From Tubiluchus corallicola (taxonomy: Eukaryota > Animalia > Priapulida), in contig JAQGDQ010000060.1 of the NCBI GenBank assembly GCA_030141605.1, forward strand, positions 620,001-684,000: 64,000 bases of DNA, in the 5' to 3' direction. The notes beneath the pieces were generated by a model, which worked only from the letters and a program-made list of their open reading frames with translations, had not been told where the DNA came from and searched no databases. How positions within the stretch are numbered: position 1 is the first letter of the stretch; each line of letters opens with the position of its first letter. Positions 36,164 through 64,000 of this stretch are shown here, in pieces. A program made the translations under genes and the position numbers.

Positions 36164-36572
36164 CTTCTTAACAAGATGTGGTGAAATTGATGCTGGTATT
36201 TGGCTACTAGCTTAAGTGTTTTAAAATGTTGATGTCTCAGTTCACTGGAGTGGTGGCAAAATGTTTATATCACTGTATAATAATTATAAATATCTACTAC
36301 ATATCTACTCATTTTTTGGTAATAATTGATGTATTAATCTTTGTTTTGACATTGGAAAATAAATATAAAGACAGAGTGAAACATGCAATCTTTAGATTAC
36401 TCTTGCTGATTGAAATCAGATTAAATCCAAAAGCTTCTCCCAAAAGTATAACGATTGCTGCAGTCAGAAGTGACTTTGTCTATTGTTTCTGTCAGTTGTA
36501 TGTTTACATTTTCACTCTGTTCTTTTACTTCCTAGAACAGATGTCATGTTGAAGTATTATTGAATGCAAATA

Positions 36573-37758
36573 CGGTAAGTCCTCGGTTAACAAAGTCGTA
36601 CTTAACGACGTTTTGTTTTGTCGACACTAATCTTTCGATGCCTTTTTTCACTTAACATCATGTTTCGTTTAACGACGATCTTTTAGCCCTACTTTAAGGA
36701 TCAAATCTTGCTTACTGTGTCCGTGCTCTGTAAATGAAGCAAACTACTTTTATCAGACCTCTTGTGTCATGCTTTGTAAACAAAGCAAACTACAGTCTAG
36801 CCTCGTTATCTCGCCACTGTCTGTCTAGGGCAAATTTTTGCCGAGAGGCGAGTATGGCGAGATAACGGGAATATAACGAAGTTAGTCTATATGTATATAC
36901 ATACTGTACATAATAGTTGATTAACATAGTGTTCCTCTATGTACATATAAAATATGTTTCGCATTATGATACCAATCAACATTAAATCAGAAATGAAAAA
37001 ATGTCATAAAAATAATCTTAGAATGTTACTTTTTTATTTAAAAAACCTTTTTCGAGTATACACGTAAATGCAATAAACTTAGCAAAAGATTTAGAAATGT
37101 TCACAAATGAGTTACTGACGATTCTGAAATAATTCAGAAGAGACGACTGTTTCATTGATGATACACGCAAGCAGTCAACACGACGCTTACAGACAAAACA
37201 GTTTTCGCTTCAGAGACATCATGTAAAGTTGCTCACACTTAAATGCAGCTTTGGTGTTATAGAGTAAGGATATCGGTGACGCTTTAGTTTCTCTGCGCAT
37301 TAACCAACCACAGCACTCCTAATCTAATCCTGGTGAGACACACACTAGATTAATTATGTCTGTCTATCGAGTACAGCAGCATTGTCTACATGCCGCGGTT
37401 ATATTGATCGACACGCGGTATGTGTATTGATCGATTCACCTCTGAGTTTGTCTGTTTGGCGACATAACGAATATAGTTTACATAAGCACTCATCCTAGCA
37501 TGACGTGGCGAGGGTGGCAACTTAACGAGGTAAATATCAAAGCAGGAAATCCGTCCTGGTACTTTCTATGGCGAGAGAGGAGCTTGGCGGCATAACGAGG
37601 GGCGAGATAACGAGGCTAGACTGTACTTAACTCAGATCACTGTGTTATTATTATAGGGGTAATAATTTGCCTAACTAAACTGAACTGAATTGCAAAATAT
37701 TTTGCTTAACGGTATGTTTTGTTAGAATGCATGAATGAAATTAATCGAGGAATTACTG
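36573..37758. mobile_element. Older Tc1/pogo (Tigger-like) MITE hosting a nested MITE
   Basis: TA|CGGTAAGTCCTCGGTTAA ... TTAATCGAGGAATTACTG|TA imperfect TIRs. Confidence 0.65.
36793..37623. mobile_element. Young Tc1/pogo-type MITE
   Basis: Perfect TIR CAGTCTAGCCTCGTTATCTCGCC / GGCGAGATAACGAGGCTAGACTG with TA target-site duplication. Confidence 0.9.
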
Positions 37759-38486
37759 TACAATTATTATTACTATGTCAAGTGTAGATATTGTTGTATC
37801 TGTTTATTAATCATGAATCATTGGTCATAAATTGGTCACTATGAGTATGAATCATGAGTTTAGCTGTGAAAAATTAGTTTTGGTAGCAAGAGTGATTCAC
37901 ATTTATACATGACAAATAGCGACATTTGGGGTGAAATTTGTCTTTCTCTGTCATAAGGTGGTTTTGATAAGTCAAGCAATTTTTGCAAACTAATCCAATG
38001 GCAGTCAAAAATTCTCTCCATTCCAATTTGAAATGTTGACCTTGGTGTTGCAGTCATTATGATTTAGTTATCAGCGCTTGACAGTTGTTCAGTTGCTTAA
38101 TGGCTAGCTCCACATGATAACATATTGTACAATAAAACTATTAAAATCTCTCATTAATAGACCTCGTTAGTTGATCAGTAGTTTATAGCTTCAGGAAACG
38201 ATGAGAGAAATGTGGATAAAATCGATGAGTTCTGTAAATAATTATTATATAAATTACAGTAGTTTATTCATTAGTATTATTTGTAGGTTATAGGTTTCTC
38301 AGCTAAAGTAGAATGATTTTTATAAAAAATAAAAAAAATTTTGTAAATTTAAAGTCGGATAAATCAGATTGTCCATCGTTTTTTCTCTTATTGTTCAAAG
38401 TGGCTAAGTAGTGTGATATCATCATTATGGATATAGAGTCACATGGGGTTTTGATCTTAATTTTTAATTTGTGAAGATTTGAACTA

Positions 38487-38939
38487 CAGTCAACCTTGTA
38501 TATAAGCGACACCTCAGGACCAGGAAAAAACGTCCCTTATAGCCGAGGTTGAGTCAGACCGAGGGTGTATCTAGACCTGTACTTTTACCCATATTTTTAT
38601 GGATTATTGCTACACATTCAGTGCAAACGGTATGTAGGAAGCTTCTTCAATGATGCGAGACGTATGTGACCGTGGAAAGCGAGCTGTTCGAAGGCCGAGT
38701 TTACGAAAAATTGAGCTTAAGAATCGATCAATTTCGCTTTGATCATAGGGTCCCTTATATGCGAGGTAATTTACATGGGTTTCTATTACGCAGGACCTGA
38801 AGATATCATCCCTCATAACCAAAAGTCGCTTATATCCGAGTACGTTATACACGAAGACTTTTACATAAAACATTACGATAAATTGGGACTTGTGTTGGTA
38901 GTCCCTTCTAAGCGAGTGTCCCTTACCCGAGGTTGACTG
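38487..38939. mobile_element. Tc1/pogo-type MITE
   Basis: TA|CAGTCAACCT ... AGGTTGACTG|TA. Confidence 0.8.
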
Positions 38940-39715
38940 TACGTTCTTATTTGTATTGAGTGATTTGAGATCTTCCGTTTGACCAAGGACATTTTCTAAT
39001 ATGTTGTGATCAGGGCCGGATTAAAACCCCAAGAGACCCTAAGCACTGAAAAGATTATTATTATTATTATTAACCTTTTATTATAGTAGACCCATGCATA
39101 TAAGCGTCATTCAGAATAAAAACGGTACTAAACAGAAAAATGAACTTTTACCTATCTAAGTGAAAAAAGTTGCAGTAACAATAAAGATTTGTTTACAATA
39201 GTCACGTAGTCAACATCACCATCATGTGATAAAATACAGACACTCAAAAGCAACATTATCCTGTTTTCAGTATCACCATATTTTTCTAAAGCGTGACCGC
39301 ACTTGAAATATACTATGACACGTTATATAATCAATTAGTGTCACCATATGGGCAATGAGGAGCCCAGGTTACTAAGTAACCAGAATCTTGATATATTGTA
39401 AACAAACACAGAAACTGCCATGTCTTCCGATGTTTTTTTTAGTAATTATTCGATTTCAAGAAATTGTCGGTCTCTTCCCCTTTGGCTCTAATGCTTATTT
39501 TGTTTAATGGTTAATCCTGGGTTGGTTCAGATAAAAAACAACAATCATGATTTATTAAAAAAAATGTCATGCCATAATTAGTATAAATTTAATACTACAG
39601 TAGACAATGGGTATGTGAGTTCGACTTATATTTCTATTAAAATATTTTCATTATTTACATGTAACAAAAACCTGAATTTCTGCACACAAAAGTACGCAAA
39701 GTTTTACACAAAACT

Positions 39716-42700
39716 CTAGACACCAATGATATCAAGCGTTCCATTCAGAGTGACAAACGTGAAGAAAAAGATGGAAAAGTCCCTCGTCACGTCTCCAGCT
39801 GTTGCTATTGTCTTACCAAGCATCTTAACCCTTTCGTCTGTCATTCCAGCGAGGATAAGCGCTCGCAGTAACAAGCTCAGTTCTTCTTTTACTGGTGTAG
39901 GCGGCATTTTCTATCATGAAAAAGATGCAAAACAGTCTTCTTGATTATTTTATTAGAACGTGAGCTAAAACGTGCTTACTAAGTACGAGAAAACCGCCTA
40001 GAAAACTATTAACTGCTACATTGGTAGTAGTTGGCACACTGCCATCTACACTCAAACACATTAGACTTGGTCTTTAGAATTAGTCATTATTATTTGAAAT
40101 ATTGCATAACAGTGCAATGAAGTACGTGCCAGGAAGATCAAACTATTTTTTGTAAAAGGGATTACTGAAGAAACGCTACCAAAAACAAACTATGATTTCT
40201 TTACGAAGAGATTAATTATTCAATATTAATTGCTTATTAATATCTAGAAAACTTTCAGACCACCAACAAAGATACCAATAAATGGATTGTTAAGTTTAGC
40301 AACACGTAAAAAAGTACAATAGATTATTGTATTCCCCTAATTGCTATGATGTAGCTAACTCATTGTAAAAGCATCCAGTATAATTATTAAGTCTGGCAGT
40401 TAAGGACGAAAACTCAGGCACCAATGGTTGTTTTTATTTTAAACAAAAATGTTTTTAATTTCTTCACTGCCACAGAGTGTTAGCAATTGGGTACCCGAGT
40501 ACTCGACAGGTATAAAGAAAGGGGTACTCAACTCCTTTGCTACCTGCGTAAACATTTTGTAGTCACCACCATTAACGAATTAGGCCCAATTCTGCTTGAC
40601 TTCATAAGCATACACGATGACCACTCAGCTACACTGTTTGGTGTAATTAGTCTGTGTGGAAAAATAATCTCACACAAACTGAGTGCACTTTTTCGTCTTT
40701 TTCCGGTACTTAATTAGTCTGTGTTGCATTGCGCAGCACAGGTTTTGAACACTTGAAACACTTGATCATGCAACCTGGCAACCGACTCTGTACAAGTAGT
40801 TAATACCCGGCAAGACGAACACGGCATGATATTTGCCAGCAAGGCAATGATACGCACTGGCCTGACACTGGATGCAGACGACAAATGGAAAACAATGCAA
40901 CCGTAGTCAGAGTCGCAGGAAATCGTAGCAAAGGCACCAGGAAGGGTTTAATGGAAGCTAGTCGATGAAGAAAACTTTAGTTTCAAGTTTGAACACGCTG
41001 AAGAAGATTCTGTTTTTGAAAAGCAAAAAATTGTTTCTGTCATTTGATTTAGATTGAAATTAAACTGGAAGGAAAAAATATTGTATAAAATTAGTCTGTG
41101 TAAAGAATTATAATAACACAGACAAATTTTGATACAGTGCAAGTTGAAAAGCTGGTTTCAAATTTAGTTTCTCACACACTAATTACATTAAACAGTGTCC
41201 TTGCCCAGTAATGATATCTAAAATTTGTTTTATAACCACCCCGTCTGCTACAAAACAATGCGAAGAAGGCATGATGATGATGATGTTTACCTGTGTTACT
41301 ATTTTTTCGTAGCCCAGTATCACTAGCTCCAGGATGATAAAGGAACAGACAATACTTTCCGGGAACAGGAAACTCAAGCCGATGGGAGACGATATCCGTA
41401 TCAGCACCGCAAGAGCTACTGACAAGTATAGTCTGGCAATGGGCAGGTACTTCAATGCAGTTGCTGCCTGAAATGACAAAACATATTTAACACCAGGAAC
41501 TTGATGTACCAAGTTAAGTGGCATTTACATAGCATCTGGATGCGTTTTCCACCAGCGGAACAGCCTGTGGAAAAAGAATAATGTATATGTGAGCTACACA
41601 AGCAAGTACATTGAAAACAATACAGACCAATTTTATCTATTCCGCACCACCCAAAATGCATGAGCATCCGGATGATACGTAAACTCCATTTTATTCCTGC
41701 AAACCTAGACTATTTCGATGACCAAAGAAGGCTAGGAAGACACTAAAAAACATCTTTGTATCTGCAGGGTTCTCAGTTTGGCACAGCACTACTTATGCTG
41801 ATTCAAATTACTTTTAAATAAACCATTTCCTACTTGCATGTCATATTTAAAAATACAGCAAACAGTGCAAATGCATATTGCTGTCGTCCATGTTTAATGC
41901 AAATGCACATTGGTGTCCCTCATGTTTAATGCAAATGCACATTGGTGTCCCTCATGTTTAATGCAAATGCACATTGGTGTCGTCCATGTTTAATGCAAAT
42001 GCACATTGGTGTCCCTCACGTTTAATGCAAATGCACATTGGTGTCCCTCATGTTTAATGCATAGGCCATCCATGTTGTGAAAACAGCTAGCCTACCTTGG
42101 TTAAGAATGTCTTTATTTTGCTGGGTTCAAGTTAATTGTTCAGTAGGCATAGGACTATTCACACTGATCAGATAAAATTGCTAGATGACCAGGGGAGTCG
42201 GCACATTGAACTATGGACTCTGGCCCCGACTCCTAGAATTTTAGATGATCCAACTCCGACTCCAGCTCTTAAAATTTTAGATCCAACTCCGACTCCAGCT
42301 CTTAAAATTTTAGATCCGACTCTGATTCGTAAAATTTTAGGAGCGACAACTCCGACTCTGATTCCTAAAATTGTAGGAGCCACAACTCCTGCTTTTAAAT
42401 AATAGTTTGTAGCACTCTCAATATTTAGCTACAGTGGCATTTCATCACTACTTCTTATGCTCGAAAAACAGTCTAGCTGCATAAACACCAATACGAAAGC
42501 GTCCCAAATTGGAACTTATGCATAAATGCATTAAAAGTAACTGGAGTTTGAGTTTGTCTATTTTGTACCGACTCCTCTAACAATAAGTGTACTCCCAAGT
42601 CCAGACTCCCACTCCAAAACCCTAAGTTTTAACAACTCCAACTCTTCTAGCAGTAAATTTACTATTGGTGTCTATGCCGACTCCCACTCCACAGCCCTGA

Positions 42701-43923
42701 TTATGACTAAAGTGCATGTACATGTAATGTTATTAAACACCCACTTAGGAAACACAAATTATCTTAAACCAAGTCATTTCAGGAGATTTATAAAGGTGTT
42801 AAACAAATAAAGGTTGTTTATCAAACTTTGAGCAAATCGGGTTAACAAGAGTTAAGAACAGAGTTGACCAAGAGCATAGCAAAGAATGTGTCGAAAGTGA
42901 AAACCACCGCGGTCTTCACAAGATCTCTGTTAGAAGCTGTTTTAGACTACTAGCCCACTTGAAAAAGAAATGGCTTTGGAAGAGAGAACCTCAATTTCAA
43001 AAAAAAGATAACGGTACATAGAAAAAATTCTGAAATAAGTGAAACCAGTAGACCACCTTGTTATCCACTTTTCAGGAACATGTTTTTAAAGACTACGTCT
43101 AACCTGAATATACACTTCAGTTTTACGATCAGAATCTTCCATCCGTTTCGGAACTTCTGTAGATTTGATAACAGTATCACCAGCATCATCATGCAGCTTC
43201 CGTCTCGTAAGCTGAGGCTTGTCCTTTCTGCCTATAGATGGCATATCTGTAGTGTCATCACAGCATGGCTCACTGACAGCTTCAATTTGCAGAGTGCCTT
43301 TTTTATTCTCACACAAGGCTTCCTTGTCAAATAGCTTTTTGTTGGCAGACTCGCCTCCATTGCTGACATCTTTCAATTCATTTTCATCACTATTCAACAA
43401 GAAAGTGTCTTCGCTAGGCGTAGAAGCACATTCTGCAGAAAAAGTTCCAACTATTTTGCCACTCACAGATGATTCTCCTAAAGAAGTTGTATCTTTTGAA
43501 TGTGTACTTGAGTCAATAGCGCCATCTGCAAGAAAAAATAAAATGGAATGATAGATCCAGCACCCTATAGATCGTTTTTACCACAAGTTAATCATGAATT
43601 CCATCAAACTAGGAATTGACGCAAGACAAGAACATCTTTATACAAGGTAAAAATAAAATATTCTGACGAGATTGCAAGGATTTTTTTGCAATATGCTCTT
43701 TAATTGTATTGAAGGCGTGTAACAATAATAATAAGTCATATTTCGCTAATTATTATAACCGACTGGCGCTACTGTTTTCCTAGTTTATAAACTAAATTGT
43801 AACTGCACGAAAGATACCTGACACGGTACTTTCCAAACCCATAACTTTCTTCAAACGATCTTCAGAATTTAATAAAATTCGGTTTTTCCGCGCCTCGCGT
43901 CGCCTGGCAGCAGACTCAGCCAT
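39716..43923 (-). CDS. CAMLG: Guided entry of tail-anchored proteins factor CAMLG (GET2 homolog)
   Basis: Exons 43923-43818 (MAESAARRREARKNRILLNSEDRLKKVMG, the conserved CAML N-terminal motif), 43525-43104, possible micro-exon 41564-41529, 41467-41291 (two hydrophobic helices), 39910-39716 (ALILAG..RDFSIFFFTFV, third TM helix). Confidence 0.85.
41867..42060. repeat. About 32-bp tandem repeat, about 6 copies
   Basis: Unit TGCAAATGCACATTGGTGTCCCTCATGTTTAA. Confidence 0.9.
42190..42699. mobile_element. hAT-like MITE with GACTCC subterminal repeats
   Basis: CAGGG..GAGTCG ... GACTCC..CTCCACAGCCCTG, near-matching 8-bp flanks (TAGATGAC/ATTATGAC); second copy at 61922-62362. Confidence 0.75.
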
Positions 43924-44148
43924 GACATCGGAGTTACAGAAATTTATTAATAATTTGAAAAAGTTTAAATTAAAAAGGCACAAATGTAAAACACAATTTC
44001 AAAGCTAAACGAAAACCGTCATTGTTGATGTAACGCCAGCAATAGAAGAACTCTTATAATTGATTACACGCTGGATTTGATTTTCACCTTTACGGTGATA
44101 TCGACACTACTTGTCCATTTCTTTATGAATTAGAAGTTACAACAAGGG

Positions 44149-44545
44149 TAGGGGTGAGCATCGAACGTTCGAGTTCGATTCGAACGAGTTTTTTTAGTTC
44201 GAACTCGATTCGAATCCAAAACTTATAGATTCGAATAATTCAGCACTTCAATCACACACGTTCTTTATCACTAAAACGATTGAAACATCATGCAATTAGC
44301 ATAATTTAGCTGTGATTTCTGCGCATAATTTTAAAGAAATTACTAGTCGTTTTATTGCAGAACAAAATCTAGTGATATGCATGATCTTTGTAAGACTAAT
44401 TTTTGCTGGTGGTTCGAAAACTTGTTCGAAAATCTTTCGATCTCAATTCGAATTCGAAACACTGAAGTTTGGTTCGATTCGAATTCGAAAGTCACAAATT
44501 CGGTTCGATTCGAATTCGCTTTCTGGTAGAGAATGCTCACCCCTA
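44149..44545. mobile_element. hAT-like MITE just upstream of CAMLG
   Basis: TIR TAGGGGTGAGCAT/ATGCTCACCCCTA; perfect 8-bp target-site duplication AACAAGGG; many TTCGA motifs. Confidence 0.92.
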
Positions 44546-47488
44546 AACAAGGGCCATACAGTGGGCTATGGATTTCATGAAGTCTATGAAGATCAGATAA
44601 AAACTTGAACCTAATATTTTTTTCAATTGGTTCTTGTTAATAGATACCAGGTGTTATGCATGCAGTAATTTACTAACAAAATTCCTTGAATGCATGGAGA
44701 ACATAGGGTATGCTGTCTTTTCAATTTCACATTTAAAGTCAAACCAGGGAACAAAGCTAGATTTTTGTAGTTGCAAATAATTAAGTAAGTAAGTTTATTA
44801 GTTTATCACCATTTTTAAAACAGCAAAATACATAACCATACCTAAATGCAAGGTGAGAAACTATGAAATTATTGATTCTGCTACTTCTGCGGAACCTCTA
44901 CCCTGCCTGAATGACTATCGTCAGTTTTTCTCTGCCACAGAGTTATCTAGAAAGTTCCAAATTGCACAATGGTAGGGTAAGGAATAAATTCGGAGCATTT
45001 TGTGTGAGTTGGCGACGATTTGGATTATTTACAGTTTCTTAAAGATTTAGGTGTCACATGAAAATAAAAATAAAAGACGCTGTAGAATTTGGCATATACT
45101 TAGACTACCTGATGATATTCCAATGAAGATAGCTCTTCAACAGGCCATACAACCAGCTAAGAACCTGCAGGAGGACAAATGTTAGCATAATATTTAGATT
45201 TTGCACAGAAATATTTAATCACTTCAGCACTGATCCTTAGAAATAAATGCACTTAGGGTATTGCAGCGAGTAGGGAGCCTCGGTACAGAGAATCATGTCC
45301 CTGGACGCATGATTCATTGGATGACGATGGTAATGTTGCACATGAACACGGTAGTGGTGCTGACAAATAACCAGTATGGTAGTGTTTAGTTTTTTGCTGC
45401 TGTGTTTATCTGTGTTGAGGGCAGATTTCTTTTTATTTCAGATGTCTTGAGGGCAGATTTATTTTATTTTACGCCTGTCCAACGCCTACAGTAGACGTAA
45501 TGGGCATAATTATGATGATGATGTGTCACATGAAATGCCTAGGAATTTTATCAAAAATTCTAAATTTTGCACATTGCCTGTAACAACGTCATTAAATTAA
45601 TGTTTACAATAAAGCCAGTTGTAAAAAAACCGCTTTAACACTGTAAACTGTATTAAAGTCGCTACGTAGATAACACTAAGATTGTGCTACCAGCAAACTG
45701 TCACTCTCTAATGTGGGAAGAGGATCCAGTAGATTTCACCAGATTATCAAATAAAGTTCAAGACTCAAAAAGGTGAAGAGCCCCTGTATTACACGGTGCG
45801 CGACAAAAATGCCACAGGTAAAATGGCCTGCCCAATGTCTACAATTGATGTAATGGGCATACGATCACCATATATACACCTAACCCACACGCCCGCACGC
45901 ATATAATTAAATGCATTACATAAGTTGTTAGTACAAAAGTAAAGACGAATTTTCTGGATATTAAGTACTATTATCATAATTTATTCGACTTAAACAAGAC
46001 TAATAATAGAAGGTGCAACAGGTGCAACTTCGCGTATTTGGACAAGCAAAAATATAATTATCGACAACAAATGCAACTAGTTTGCAAAAACAATCAGGGC
46101 ATCGCAAAACGATTACTTCAGACACTGCAAAACGGTTTCAGATTAAATGTTTTTCCTTGACATTTTTTTCCAGAAAACTGACACATGGCAGCACGGCCTA
46201 CTGTCGACAAAGTGCAGTAATTCGAACAAAATCATAAAACAATAAATACAAAATAAACTAGGGATTATACAGGCACGATGTGCAGAGAAGAAATGCAATA
46301 ATTACTTTACAAAATGTCTCTATCATACAATTTTTTTTGACTAATAATGCTAAAATATATACTTGATTATCATTCAAACTAACTCAGTCAGCCTCCACCA
46401 AATACTATTACATCCTATTGTAATTTACAGTATATTTAATACATAAGCTAAATTTAGAACACAGAATTATTATATCATGCACCCTGCTTTGTATAAGCAT
46501 ACAATCGCCCGGAAGGCTCTATCCAACTTCATCACTTAATCAAGTCAAAAATATCGATCGAATTGAAAGACATCCTTACAAGAACAATAGAATGGCTGCT
46601 CCATTTGAATTATTTAGAACCGAAGAATAAAATACATTGGCCACATCGAAGATTTTAATTTGTACATACTTTACAATGCAACACTAGCCAACACTTTTAA
46701 AAAGACGTAGTCCACGCACAAGACGAGATAAAATTATTACACTTACAAACCTATTTCGTAAGACAATTAATGATTTTAACAGCGTAACAGCAACAGAGAG
46801 AGGGATGGGAAGTATGCAAATTTCATAAGAACGAATTAAAATATTCATTTAAGAGACACATTATCTGGCAGAGCATATAACACACAAAGATAAACTAGCA
46901 GAAAGGTATAATACATCATGATGAACCACGGATGTCAGTTCTCCAGCTTAATAGTATTAATGTACATAGCTTTAGTAACACTTACTAGTACGTAAACAAA
47001 TTGACACGTTTTAGTACTGATTTTAACAGAACTTCTTTGGATAGTACAAAAGTTAGGCTTGACTACAGTTTTTTTACATAATATCTACAGAGCGAAGTTC
47101 TAATTTACACCTGTAATTTGCAAAACAATATGACAGACAAATTAGTTATGTACATATAAACATACGCGAATTAGCAACATGCACTACCTTTCCTGCTGAT
47201 AAAAAGTTATAGTTCAAACAACTTAATATGCATGAAGACTTTCAAGAGCGTTACCTGGATGAATACAGGATAACATTAAAATTCCTCACAACCAATTAAC
47301 ACGTGTTGCAGAAAATGTTTCTCCCGACTTTTTACACAACTTCATTTTCCATACACAGTAAATGTTTTTACTAAATTATTGTAGTTCGGGGCAGCATGCT
47401 TAGGGGACAACTAAGACATGTAAATTCCTCTTTGCAATAGGCATGTCAGCAGTATAAGAAGATACATTGTATAAGAAGATGCATTACT

Positions 47489-63858
<16,370 letters not shown>

Positions 63859-64000
63859 CTGAAAAAATTACATTCAATTTATTTGTTAAATTGCTACGTT
63901 TATTAAAATGATGCAAAATTTAATCAACATACGTAAACCAAACTTTATTCATAATATAACTTATACATCCTGTAACGTACCTGCCACGCTAAATGATTCA

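Overview
AT-rich, intron-rich animal (invertebrate metazoan) genomic DNA, not prokaryotic. Four host genes can be reconstructed exon by exon from GT-AG boundaries: a divergent TTLL4-like tubulin glutamylase (minus strand, running off the left edge), TFAM (plus), CAMLG/GET2 (minus) and KAT6A/B-like MOZ/MORF acetyltransferase (minus, 5' end beyond the right edge). Between them lie a decayed, 3'-truncated BEL/Pao LTR retrotransposon, a probable solo LTR, many MITEs (Kolobok-, Tc1/pogo- and hAT-type), minisatellites and microsatellites. The most notable observation is that the BEL/Pao Gag carries an essentially complete, intronless glycogenin (GT8) catalytic domain, fused in frame between an N-terminal SAP/coiled-coil region and the capsid domain. 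Other unusual observations: TFAM with a tandem-duplicated HMG-box B plus tail module (three HMG boxes); a signal-peptide-like first coding exon on the TTLL4-like gene; an HDV-like ribozyme fold next to a 74-bp hairpin array; two foldback elements with outward-facing minimal hammerhead ribozymes; and a CCHHC-type zinc finger in KAT6. All homology calls come from motif recognition by eye; no database search was run.
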